Source of the DNA: an uncultured Clostridia bacterium
GTDB lineage: Bacteria > Bacillota > Clostridia > TANB77 > CAG-508
Direction of reading: 5' to 3'
NCBI GenBank assembly: GCA_934130085.1
Contig: CAKOXK010000003.1
Location: forward strand, 3,070 to 67,069
DNA length: 64,000 nucleotides
Shown here: piece by piece, positions 45,496 through 55,458 of the stretch
How positions within the stretch are numbered: position 1 is the first letter of the stretch
Layout: each line of letters starts with the position of its first letter
Notes under the pieces: model-generated
The model's database searches: none
Told to the model about the DNA's origin: nothing
Seen by the model: the letters and a program-made list of their open reading frames with translations, nothing else
Translations under genes and position numbers: made by a program

Positions 45496-45900
45496 TTATT
45501 TTTCATGAGAATATTTCTCTATATTATACTCCCAGAGGCTCAAATGACCTTTCGCCTCTATTGGCTCTTTAAAAGCTTGTACATTATCCATTTGCCAACC
45601 AAAATTTTCTTTAAAAGAACTTTTGGTGTATATATCTTTATTTTCTTTTAATAAACTTTCTTTAAACTCTGGTGATATTTTTATGCAGTCTACTAATGTT
45701 ACTTTTCCTAATATTTTTCCGAATGGCAATTCTTCTGGTAGATATTCTTTCAATCTTTTTATTGCCTCTTTGTCAATTCCTTTTCCAGCATGTATTAATA
45801 AATCTCCTCTGTATTTTGTTTGCCAACTTCTGAATTCAAATCTTTTATCTCCCTGCATTATCAACGTTGCCCATGGCTGTTTTATTGTTAAAACTTTCAT
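45496..45900 (-). CDS. ASCH (PUA-like) domain protein
   Basis: MKVLTIKQPWATLIMQGDKRFEFRSW is the typical ASCH N-terminus. Confidence 0.75.
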   Translation of the reverse strand: MKVLTIKQPWATLIMQGDKRFEFRSWQTKYRGDLLIHAGKGIDKEAIKRLKEYLPEELPFGKILGKVTLVDCIKISPEFKESLLKENKDIYTKSSFKENFGWQMDNVQAFKEPIEAKGHLSLWEYNIEKYSHEK

Positions 45901-45914
45901 TGTTCCATTGCCCC

Positions 45915-46095
45915 TTATGCAATTTTTTTGTTGGTTACTCCCTTTACATTTACAACAAAGATTCTACTATTAGTAAATATAATCTGGTCTCTAATAAGCT
46001 TAAATGCGCATCTCATTTTCTCTGCATCTATCATTAGCTTTTCAACCTCTGGTCGTACTTCTTCTGTTTCTATTTTTTTTAATTTAGAAAATTAG
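45915..46095 (-). pseudogene. remnant of a bacterial PH-domain (YvbH-like) gene
   Basis: The frame reads ...EVEKLMIDAEKMRCAFKLIRDQIIFTNSRIFVVNVKGVTNKKIA*. It has no in-frame start and is 3'-truncated compared with the bPH proteins I recall (...TGKKVEYHSIPY...). Confidence 0.35.
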
Positions 46096-46168
46096 AATTT
46101 AAATTTATTCTTGTAGATATCTTTGACATAAAAGTTTTTTTAACTCCATAGTATATGGTATTTCTTCT

Positions 46169-46402
46169 TTATACCTCTTTTTCTTTTTCTTCTATTTGTT
46201 TTTTGTTTATCATGTTGCCTGCGTCGTCGTATTGTATTGTTTTATCGTAAAAGTCGTTGTAGCCTTTTTCTCTTGCTTCGTTGTTTAGAGAAATCATTAC
46301 GTAACTTATGACCGTTATTGTTCCGATTACTATTATTAATATTAAGTATCTGAATTTGTATATTAACCATCCCTTAAATATGTCGTCTGATAAGTTGCTC
46401 AT
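46169..46402 (-). CDS. small single-pass membrane protein
   Basis: 77 aa with one TM helix (YLILIIVIGTITVISYVMI). AGGAG SD. Confidence 0.4.
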   Translation of the reverse strand: MSNLSDDIFKGWLIYKFRYLILIIVIGTITVISYVMISLNNEAREKGYNDFYDKTIQYDDAGNMINKKQIEEKEKEV

Positions 46403-46445
46403 TTTTCTTTTTTCTCCTTCTTTCTGTTTTCTTCTATTTGCACAA

Positions 46446-46547
46446 ATTGCTCCTATCTCTCCTATTGCTCCTATCTCTCCTATTGCTCCTATTGCTCTTA
46501 TTTCTCTTATTGCTCCTATTGCTTCTGTTTCTGCTATTTTGTATCTA
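46446..46547. repeat. 9-bp tandem repeat, about 11 copies
   Basis: ATTGCTCCT / ATCTCTCCT units in the intergenic spacer. Confidence 0.8.
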
Positions 46548-46660
46548 TTCAGTTTTTGTGTTTTGTTCTCTTTTATTTTTCTCTCAATCTCTGTGTTTTT
46601 CTTTCTCCTTTTTTCTATTTTGCTTTTATTCTTGTTGTTTTCGCTGACTAGTTTTAATTT

Positions 46661-48815
46661 CTATCTTTCTTGTTCTGGTTCTTTTCCTCTTTTCATAGTA
46701 TCTTTTTTGTTTTTTAAAATATCCTGCTTTTTACTGCTTTTTTCTGTTCCAGCTTCATTCCTACAATTACTGTTTTCAGGCTCGTTTTCTTTGTTTTTTT
46801 TATTTTCTCCTGGGTTTTGATCGTATTCGCTCTTGATTTCGAGCATTGCTTGCACTTGTTTTTCTAGTAATTTTTTTGCTTCTTGTGAGTTCATTGGGTC
46901 TTTTTTATGTTTTTCATAGTATTTTGTTACTGTGCTTGTTAGACATTGTTTTAGTAGTTTTGTTAGTGTTTTGTCATCGTTAAACAGTTTTCTTTTATAG
47001 TTATCCTTTTGATTTTTTGCGCGTTCTATCGTTTTTTTGATTGTGCTTTGAATTTTGTCTTTTTCTACTTGTTTGTTTTCTCTTATTACTGCGTATTTTA
47101 GAATTTCTTCTTTGTTGTTGTTTTCTTCAAATTTTGGGTTGATTTTTAGTTTTTGATTTTCTGGTTGTATATATGCTATGTCTCCTCCACCTATATAAAT
47201 TTTGTATCCTTTGCTTTGGTCAAAGCTGAATATTTTGTTGTTAAGCTGGTTTTCGCAGTCGATATTTTGGTAGATATTTTTGAAGACTTTTTGTTCTAGA
47301 TATTGATCTGTTGCATTATGTCCGCTTATTAGGTTTGATAGTTTTAGTCCTGATAGTGATAAGATTGTTATGTGGTATTTTGTGTCATCTTTTAGGTTTG
47401 GGATTAGTATTTTTTCTAGGTATTGTTTGTTGTATGATTTGGTTCTGTACGAGTATAGCAAGTTTTTTCTTATGTGTTCTAAGTGTGCTTTTTTTATTTC
47501 TTTTAGTTGACTTCGCTCTTCTTGTGTACTTTTGTCTAACTCGTTTTGTTTATTTCTTTTATTTTGTTTTGATTGACTTTGTTCAGTTAGTTCACATGTT
47601 GCTATCTTTTTTGAATTGTCTTGGTACGTTTTTTCTTCCCCAGTTAACATTTTATTTATTATTTTTGCTTCTTCTTCTCCCAATTTGTCAATCTCTATTT
47701 CATTTAATTTTTCTGCACTTGAAAAGGTAGAATTACGCTCTGCTCCATATTTTGTTGGCGTCTCAATTTTGGGGTGATTTATAGGTGTATTCTTTTTCTC
47801 GTTTTCTTTTTTAGTTTCATAATCATTTTTTATTTCTGCTTTTTCTTGTTTTTTTACTTCCTTGATAGATTGTTCCTTTTCTAACTTTTCTTGTTCTTTT
47901 AGTATTTGGTATGTTGCTTCGATTGAGGCGATTATTATTTTTTTCATATCATTTGGTGTGATTTTGAATTGCGATGAGAGTCTTAGTGCATCAAAGAATG
48001 TTTTGTAGCCATTATAGTAACTGATTTCGCCGTTTTTTGCTTTTAGCTTGTCTTGAGTTATTTTTTTATCAATGTGTTCATAGTTTTCTTCTAGCGAGTT
48101 TGCTTGATCAGAGAATTCATAGTTTAGTGTCATTTTTAGTTTGTGTATGTTTTCTTCTTTTTTTAATAGTTCTTTTTGTATTTCGTTTATTTTGTTTTGT
48201 ATTTTTTCTTCATTTTGTTGGTTGTGCTCGATTCCGTCTATTAAGAATACAAACTCGTCTCCGTCCTATTCTGCAAGCTAGTAGTTTTTGTTTTTCGCCC
48301 AAGTCTTTCTCTAGTACTTTTATTATTTTTTCAAGTACTTTTTTCATGCTTTTGCTTCCTTCTTCGAAGCCATATTCTTCATTTAATTCGTTTAATTTAT
48401 CAAAATCTCCTGCTATTAACACATATTCATTTTTAACTTTTTCTTTTGTTGTTTCGTTTTCTGAACTATCATTTATTGTATTAATTTTATCTACCGCGTT
48501 TTCTATATTCTTTTTTTCTGTTTTACTATAGTCTTCTACATTGTGGCTATAGTTTTCTTTATTGTTTCTTTCGTTTTCTCTATACATGTCTATATTATGG
48601 TCGTAGTTTTCTATCTCTGTTTTTGTCTTTTTCTCGCTTAAGTTTTTTCCACTTGTATTTTCTTCTCCAAAGTTGTTTTCATATACTTTTTTTATAACGG
48701 AAATAAAGTATGGCTGAGCAATTATTTTCGTTTTGGTTTCGCTTGTTTCTATGCTCTCGTCATACATGTATTGTTTTATTGAGTTTATGATTTCTTCTTT
48801 GCTTTCTGTTTTCAT
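46661..48815 (-). pseudogene. GGDEF-domain protein gene interrupted by a 1-nt frameshift inside the GGDEF motif
   Basis: ORF 48210..48815 ends ...LLACRIGRRRVCIL. Deleting one base near 48263 gives RIGGDEFVFLIDGIEH, which runs in frame into ORF 46661..48133. Upstream, GDFDKLNELNEEYGFEEG fits the DxDxFKxxND..G pattern. Confidence 0.6.
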
Positions 48816-49004
48816 TTTCGCTCCCCTGCTTACTTATGAATTTTTGCTGAAATCTTTTTCTCCTTTTTCTTGTGTTTTCTTACTTTTTCTGAATGTTTGT
48901 GTTTTGTATTTTTTCATGTTATTCAGATTGTATGCGTTTTACTCATTTTCATGTTGTATTTTAGTTTTTTACGCATACTAATTGTTAATCTGGATTACTC
49001 TAAA

Positions 49005-49160
49005 TAATAATTAATAATTAATAATTAATAATTAATAATTAATAAATTATAAATTATAAATAATAAATTATAAATAATGAATTATAAATTATAAATTATA
49101 AATTATAAATTATAAATTACAAATAATAATTAATAAATAATAATTATTATTTTTTTATTT
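49005..49160. repeat. heptanucleotide microsatellites, (ATAATTA)n then (AATTATA)n
   Basis: About 6 and about 7 contiguous copies respectively, downstream of pflA. Confidence 0.85.
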
Positions 49161-49180
49161 ATTATAATTTTTATTGTTGT

Positions 49181-49900
49181 TTATTCTTCTCCTCTTAGTA
49201 TTTTTTCTGCTTTTTCTGTTTCTTCTTGTGTTGGAATTTTTACTCCTTCTAGTGGATATTTTAGTCCCATTTCGTACCATTTTGTTTTACCGAAGTCGTG
49301 ATATGGGAGTACTTCTATTTTTTTTACGGTTTTTAGTGTTTCTATGAAGGCTCTTGTTTTTCTTAGGTTTTCTTCGTTATCTGTGTAGCCTGGTACTAGT
49401 ACTTGTCTTATCCATATTTCTATGTTGTTTTCTGATAGATATTTTGCAAAGTTTAGTTCATTTTGGTTGCTGTGTCCTGTTAATTGTATACATTTTTGTT
49501 CGTCAATATGTTTGATGTCAAGTAATACGGTATCTGTTACTTTTAGTAAGTTTGCAATTTTTTCGTCTATCTCTAAGCTTCCTGCGGTATCTAGGCATGT
49601 TGTCATTCCATTTTGTTTAGCTTTTTTGAATAGTTCTTCTACAAATTCTGGTTGTAGAAGTGGCTCGCCACCTGATACTGTTATTCCTCCATTTTCTGAT
49701 GCGTCCATATATGGTTTGCATCTTAATGCTTTTTTGATTATTTCGTCTGTTTCGTATAATGTTCCGCCTTCTTTATTCCAGGTGTCTCTATTATGGCAGT
49801 ATTTGCATTGTAATGGGCAGCCTTGCAGGAATACGATGAATCGTATTCCTGGGCCGTCTACTGCACCGAAACTTTCGAATGAGTGCACTTTTCCTTTCAT
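49181..49900 (-). CDS. pflA: pyruvate formate-lyase activating enzyme (radical SAM)
   Basis: CPLQCKYCHN CX3CX2C cluster. 239 aa. Lies downstream of pflB. Confidence 0.95.
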   Translation of the reverse strand: MKGKVHSFESFGAVDGPGIRFIVFLQGCPLQCKYCHNRDTWNKEGGTLYETDEIIKKALRCKPYMDASENGGITVSGGEPLLQPEFVEELFKKAKQNGMTTCLDTAGSLEIDEKIANLLKVTDTVLLDIKHIDEQKCIQLTGHSNQNELNFAKYLSENNIEIWIRQVLVPGYTDNEENLRKTRAFIETLKTVKKIEVLPYHDFGKTKWYEMGLKYPLEGVKIPTQEETEKAEKILRGEE

Positions 49901-50030
49901 GTTTCTTCCTTTTCCTTTAACTAATATTTCAAGTATTGATCATTAATTAATGTGTTATACTGCAAGGTTTCATAAATTCTATCGTTGATTTACTCAAAGA
50001 CACTTATTTCTTAACTTTATGTTATATTTT

Positions 50031-50210
50031 TACTTAAATAGTCTTATTTTTATTTAATATATCTTTGCCTCTGCATAATTTTTATATTTTTACCTGAATA
50101 GTCTTATTCTTATTTAATATATCGTTGCCTCTGCATAATTTTTATATTTTTACTTAAATAGTCTTATTCTTATTTAATATATCGTTGCCTCTACATAATT
50201 TTTATATTTT
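50031..50210. repeat. 60-bp tandem repeat x3 in the pflB-pflA spacer
   Basis: Units at 50031-50090, 50091-50150 and 50151-50210: TACTTAAATAGTCTTATTCTTATTTAATATATCGTTGCCTCTGCATAATTTTTATATTTT, with a few substitutions. Confidence 0.9.
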
Positions 50211-50270
50211 AATTTTAATTTAAATATAAGTTATGTTACCTTTATCTAACGCTATATTTTTTTATTAGAC

Positions 50271-52514
50271 TTACATTTTTGCATGTATTGTTCTGTTTAC
50301 TACGTCTAGCTGTTGTTCTCTTGTTAGTTTAATGAAGTTTACTGCGTAACCTGATACTCTTATTGTTAGTTGTGGATATTTTTCTGGGTGGTCCATTGCG
50401 TCTAGTAATAGCTCTCTATTGAATACATTTACATTTAAGTGGTGTGCTAAGCGTGAGAAATATCCGTCTAATAGGGCTGTTAGGTTCTTTACTCTTGTGT
50501 CTTCATCGTTTCCTAGAGCTTGTGGCATGATTGCAAATGTGTATGAGATTCCGTCTTCTGAATCATCATAGTCAAGTTTTGATACTGAGTTTAGTGCTGA
50601 TATTGCTCCTTGTGTGTCTCTTCCATGCATTGGATTTGCTCCTGGTCCGAATGGCATTCCTGCTCTTCTTCCGTCTGGAGTGTTTCCTGTTGCTTTTCCG
50701 TATACTACATTTGATGTGATTGTTAGTATACTTGATGTTGGGACTGAGTTTCTGTAAGTTTTTTGCTTTCTTAGTCTATCCATGAATTCTTTTTGTATTC
50801 TTACTGCTATTTCATCAACTCTATCGTCATCGTTTCCGTATTTAGGGAAGTTTCCTTCTATTTGGTAGTCTACTACTATTCCATTTTCATCTCTTATTGT
50901 TTTTACTTTTGCGTATTTCATTGCTGAGAATGAGTCAGCAACTATTGATAATCCTGCCATTCCACATGCCATTGTTCTTAGTATATGACTGTCATGCATA
51001 CTCATTGCTAGGCTTTCATAAGCATATTTATCATGCATATAGTGGATGATGTTTAACGAGTCCATGTAGATTTTTGCTACATAGTCTAGCATTTGCATGT
51101 ATTTATTCCATACTTCATCATAGTCTAAGTATTCTGATGTTACTTTTGCAAGTTTTGGTCCTACTTGTACTTTTGTTACTTCGTCTATTCCTCCGTTTAT
51201 TGCATACGTTAGTGCTTTTGCTAGGTTAGCTCTTGCTCCAAAGAATTGCATTTGTTTTCCTATTTCCATTGCTGATACACAACATGCTATTCCATAATCA
51301 TCTCCCCAGTATTTTCTCATTAAATCATCGTTTTCATATTGGATTGATGATGTTTTGATTGATATTCCTGTGCAATATTTTTTGAATCCTTCTGGTAATC
51401 TTGTACTCCATAATATTGTTATGTTTGGTTCTGGTGCTGTTCCCATTGTTTCTAATGTATGTACTAGTCTAAATGAGTTTTTGGTTACTAAGGTTCTTCC
51501 GTCTATTCCCATTCCTCCAACGCTTTCTGTTACCCATACTGGGTCTCCTGAGAATAGTTCGTTGTATTCAGGTGTTCTTATAAATCTTACCATTCTTAAC
51601 TTCATTACAAAGTGATCCATTAGTTCTTGTGCTTCTTCTTCTGTTAATGTTCCTTCTTTTATGTCATGATCTATGTATATGTCAAGGAATGTTGATACCC
51701 TTCCTAAGCTCATTGCTGCTCCATTTTGTTGTTTTACTGTTCCTAGGTATGCAAAATATGTCCATTGTATTGCTTCTTTTGCATTTGTTGCTGGTTTTGA
51801 TATATCATATCCATAAGATTCTGCCATCTTCTTTAAGTCTTCTAGTGCTTTTATTTGTTCTGATAATTCTTCTCTTTCTTGAATTATTTCTGGGCTCATC
51901 CATGATGAAATGCAATTTGCAAAGTCTTGTTTCTTTTGTTCTATTAATTCATCAACTCCATATAGTGCAACTCTTCTGTAATCCCCTATTATTCTTCCTC
52001 TTCCATAACCATCTGGCAAGCCTGTTAATAGTTTGTTCCTTCTTGCAGCTCTTATTTCTGGTGTATATACTTCGAAAACTCCATCATTATGTGTTTTTCT
52101 GTAATGGTGATAAATGTCTTCTATTTTTTCTGATACTTTAAATCCATAACTTTCACATGATTTTTCAACTATTCTGATTCCACCTTCTGGCATAATGGCT
52201 CTTTTTAGAGGTTTATCTGTTTGAAGGCCTACTATGTCTTCTAAGTCTTTATCTATATAACCTGGAGCGTGACTTGTTATATTTGAGGCTACATCTGTTG
52301 AGCAGTCAAGTACTCCTCCATTTTCTCTTTCTTTTTGATATAAATCCAATACTTCATTCCATAATTTTTTAGTTTTTTCTGTTGGATCAGCTAAAAATGA
52401 GCTGTCACCTTCATAAGGTGTGTAATTATTTTGGATGAAATCTCTTACATCAATCTTCTTGTTCCATTTGCCTTCTTTAAATCCTAGTTTCTTCCATTCT
52501 TCTTTAAATTCCAT
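50271..52514 (-). CDS. pflB: formate C-acetyltransferase (pyruvate formate-lyase)
   Basis: Glycyl-radical motif RVSGYAVNF, the active-site Cys-Cys ([10 protein letters not shown]), and [17 protein letters not shown] at the N-terminus. Confidence 0.95.
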   Translation of the reverse strand: MEFKEEWKKLGFKEGKWNKKIDVRDFIQNNYTPYEGDSSFLADPTEKTKKLWNEVLDLYQKERENGGVLDCSTDVASNITSHAPGYIDKDLEDIVGLQTDKPLKRAIMPEGGIRIVEKSCESYGFKVSEKIEDIYHHYRKTHNDGVFEVYTPEIRAARRNKLLTGLPDGYGRGRIIGDYRRVALYGVDELIEQKKQDFANCISSWMSPEIIQEREELSEQIKALEDLKKMAESYGYDISKPATNAKEAIQWTYFAYLGTVKQQNGAAMSLGRVSTFLDIYIDHDIKEGTLTEEEAQELMDHFVMKLRMVRFIRTPEYNELFSGDPVWVTESVGGMGIDGRTLVTKNSFRLVHTLETMGTAPEPNITILWSTRLPEGFKKYCTGISIKTSSIQYENDDLMRKYWGDDYGIACCVSAMEIGKQMQFFGARANLAKALTYAINGGIDEVTKVQVGPKLAKVTSEYLDYDEVWNKYMQMLDYVAKIYMDSLNIIHYMHDKYAYESLAMSMHDSHILRTMACGMAGLSIVADSFSAMKYAKVKTIRDENGIVVDYQIEGNFPKYGNDDDRVDEIAVRIQKEFMDRLRKQKTYRNSVPTSSILTITSNVVYGKATGNTPDGRRAGMPFGPGANPMHGRDTQGAISALNSVSKLDYDDSEDGISYTFAIMPQALGNDEDTRVKNLTALLDGYFSRLAHHLNVNVFNRELLLDAMDHPEKYPQLTIRVSGYAVNFIKLTREQQLDVVNRTIHAKM

Positions 52515-52758
52515 TTAATTATTTGCTATGTATATTAGTACATAACTCTCCTTTTTCTAAAATTTAAGATTTATAGTTTCTTATAAACTCTTCATACGTT
52601 TTTTGTTTGATTTTTAGTATTTGAGGTTTTCTAATTATACAAGTATCTTCCTACTAAGAATAATTATGATATATCTGCCTACAATAATTATCATGTTTAA
52701 ATTTCATTCTGTTTTTAATTATTACGTACATGCTATGAAAGCAGAAACTATAATATCT

Positions 52759-55362
52759 TTATTCTCCGTAGTATGCTCTCTTGTACATTTCTTTTAAGTC
52801 CTCAATTAATGGATATCTTGGATTTGATACTGTACATTGGTCATTAAATGCGTTTTCTGACATTTCATCTAATGTTTTTAAGAAGTCTTCTTCTGATACT
52901 CCATAGTCTTTTATTGTTTTCTTTATTCCAATGTGTTTTTTTAGTTCATCTAATTTTTTAATTAAGCCTTCCAGTTTTTCTTCGTCTGTGTTTCCTTGTA
53001 TTCCAAGATTTTCTGCAACCTCTGCGTATCTTCTAAGTGTTTTTGGATGGTCATATTGTGGGAATGTTCCCATCTTTTCAGGAACTTCTGCTGCATTGTA
53101 CCTTAATACTTCATCTAATAACAATGCGTTTGCAATTCCATGTGCTATGTGATGATATGCTCCTAGTTTGTGCGCCATTGAGTGACAAATTCCTAGGAAT
53201 GCGTTTGCAAATGCCATTCCTGCCATTGTTGCTGCATTTGCCATTTTTTCTCTGGCTTCTGGATCTTCTGCTCCATTGTCATAAGCTCTTGGTAGATATT
53301 TGAATATGTTTTTTAATGCTTCTATTGCTAGACCGTCTGTAAATTCTGTTGCCATCGTTGAGGCATAAGCTTCTAGGCTGTGTACTGCTGCATCAAATCC
53401 TGAAGCTGCTGTTAGTCCTTTTGGTGCGTTCATCATCATGTCTGCATCTACGATTGCCATTTTTGGTAATAGTTCATAATCTGCAAGTGGATATTTTATT
53501 CCGTTTGCTTCATCTGTAATAATTGCAAATGGTGTAACCTCAGATCCTGTTCCTGCTGATGTTGGTACTGCTATAAAATAAGCTTTTTCTCCCATTTTAG
53601 GGAATGTGTATATTCTTTTTCTAATGTCCATGAAATCCATTGCCATATCAGAGAAGTCTATATCTGGGTGCTCATACATTACCCACATAATCTTTGCTGC
53701 ATCCATTGCTGAACCGCCACCAATTGCTATTATTACGTCAGGTTCAAAATCGTCCATTAATTTTGTTCCGCGTTTTGCACAGCCAAGGGTTGGATCTGGT
53801 GTAACATCAAAATATGTTTCGTGTACTATTCCCATTTCATCTAGTTTATCAGTTACTTCTTTTGTGTAACCGTTTTTGTATAAAAATGTGTCTGTTACTA
53901 TGAATGCTCTTTTTTTGTTCATTACGCTTTTTAATTCTTCTAGCGCAACAGGTAAGCATCCTTTTTTAATATATACCTTTTCAGGGGCTCTAAACCATAG
54001 CATATTGTTTCTCCTTTCTGCTACTGTTTTTATATTTATTAAATGTTTTATTGATACGTTTTCTGATACTGAGTTTCCACCCCATGAGCCACATCCTAAT
54101 GTTAATGATGGTGCTAATTTGAAGTTATATATGTCACCAATTCCGCCTTGAGATGATGGTGTATTGATTAGAACTCTACAAGTTTTCATTGTGTTATAAA
54201 ATTTTTCTATTTTATCTTTTGCTTTGATTGTATCTGCATAAAGTGATGATGTATGTCCTATTCCACCATCCATTATTAATTTGTATGCTTTTTGAATTGC
54301 ATCATCAAAGTCTTTTGCTCTGTACATTGCAAGTACTGGCGATAATTTCTCATGAGCGAATTCTTCTGATGTTTCAACGCATTCAACCTCACCTATTAAT
54401 ATTTTTGTTTCTTTTGGTACTTCAACTCCTGCCATTTCTGCTATTGTGTGAGCTTTTTGACCTACTATTTTTGCATTAAGTGATCCATCGATTAATATTG
54501 TTTTTCTCACTTTGTCGATTTCATCCGGATTTAGAAAATAACATCCTCTTCTAGCAAATTCGGATTTCACTTTATCATAGACAGCATCTAATACAATTAC
54601 CGATTGTTCTGATGCACAAATCATTCCATTATCAAATGTTTTTGAATGGATTATGGAATTTACTGCAAGTAAAATATCTGCGCTATCATCTATTACTGCT
54701 GGAGTATTTCCTGCTCCTACTCCTATTGCTGGTTTTCCACTCGAATAAGCTGCTTTAACCATTCCTGGGCCACCAGTTGCTAAGATTATATCTGCCTGTT
54801 GCATTAACATATTTGTAAGTTCCAAAGATGGTTCATCAACCCATGATATTATGTTCTCAGGAGCTCCGGCTTCTACTGCTGCTTCAAGTACAACTTTTGC
54901 TGCTTCAATTGTACTTTTTTTAGCTCTAGGGTGTGGTGATATAATTATTCCATTTCTAGTTTTTAGTGCAAGTAAAGTTTTAAAAATAGCAGTTGAGGTT
55001 GGATTGGTTGTTGGAATTACGGCCGCAATTACGCCTATTGGCTCTGCAATTTTCTTAATGCCATAAGCATTATCTTCTTCTATAACGCCACAAGTTTTTG
55101 AATTTTTGTACTTGTTATAGATATATTCAGAGGCAAAATGGTTCTTTATGACCTTATCTTCAATTACTCCCATTCCAGTTTCTTCAACTGCTAATTTTGC
55201 AAGTGGTATTCTTTTTTTATTTGCCGCAATAGCTGCTGCTTTGAATATTTTATCAACCTGTTCTTGGCTAAATGTTGCATACTGCTTTTGTGCTTCTCTC
55301 ACCTTTTGTAATGTTTTTTCTAACTTTTCAGGGTTGTCGACAAAATTATATTGTTTACTCAT
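52759..55362 (-). CDS. adhE: bifunctional acetaldehyde-CoA / alcohol dehydrogenase
   Basis: About 867 aa, with an N-terminal ALDH domain and a C-terminal iron-ADH domain. Preferred start is ATG 55362, after AAAGGAG. The ORF track start is 55371. Confidence 0.95.
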   Translation of the reverse strand: MSKQYNFVDNPEKLEKTLQKVREAQKQYATFSQEQVDKIFKAAAIAANKKRIPLAKLAVEETGMGVIEDKVIKNHFASEYIYNKYKNSKTCGVIEEDNAYGIKKIAEPIGVIAAVIPTTNPTSTAIFKTLLALKTRNGIIISPHPRAKKSTIEAAKVVLEAAVEAGAPENIISWVDEPSLELTNMLMQQADIILATGGPGMVKAAYSSGKPAIGVGAGNTPAVIDDSADILLAVNSIIHSKTFDNGMICASEQSVIVLDAVYDKVKSEFARRGCYFLNPDEIDKVRKTILIDGSLNAKIVGQKAHTIAEMAGVEVPKETKILIGEVECVETSEEFAHEKLSPVLAMYRAKDFDDAIQKAYKLIMDGGIGHTSSLYADTIKAKDKIEKFYNTMKTCRVLINTPSSQGGIGDIYNFKLAPSLTLGCGSWGGNSVSENVSIKHLINIKTVAERRNNMLWFRAPEKVYIKKGCLPVALEELKSVMNKKRAFIVTDTFLYKNGYTKEVTDKLDEMGIVHETYFDVTPDPTLGCAKRGTKLMDDFEPDVIIAIGGGSAMDAAKIMWVMYEHPDIDFSDMAMDFMDIRKRIYTFPKMGEKAYFIAVPTSAGTGSEVTPFAIITDEANGIKYPLADYELLPKMAIVDADMMMNAPKGLTAASGFDAAVHSLEAYASTMATEFTDGLAIEALKNIFKYLPRAYDNGAEDPEAREKMANAATMAGMAFANAFLGICHSMAHKLGAYHHIAHGIANALLLDEVLRYNAAEVPEKMGTFPQYDHPKTLRRYAEVAENLGIQGNTDEEKLEGLIKKLDELKKHIGIKKTIKDYGVSEEDFLKTLDEMSENAFNDQCTVSNPRYPLIEDLKEMYKRAYYGE

Positions 55363-55458
55363 ATAGCACACTCCTTTATTGTTTATTTATTTAAATTTAT
55401 GTTTTATTTATTGAAAAAATTATAACATAAATATCTAAATAATTACAATGTTTCGTTG

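Noticed and set aside
46308-46820. 170-aa plus-strand ORF containing APISPIAPISPIAPIA
   Set aside because: It is generated by the 9-bp tandem repeat. It overlaps minus-strand genes at both ends and has no SD.
50031-50210. CRISPR array (also considered for 9442-9636, 7404-7502 and 57833-57924)
   Set aside because: The units abut directly with no unique spacers. The repeats are AT-rich and non-palindromic, and there are no cas genes in the window.
51629-52141. Antisense ORFs inside pflB, adhE, the ATPase and the ABC genes (for example 51629..52141, 53037..53303, 56016..56465, 59322..59792)
   Set aside because: These are shadow ORFs opposite strongly supported genes. They have L/F/S-rich low-complexity translations and no SD.
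52515-52758. ZTP (pfl-motif) riboswitch upstream of pflB
   Set aside because: I read the leader on the minus strand. It is AT-rich, with none of the GC-rich conserved pseudoknot segments of the pfl motif.
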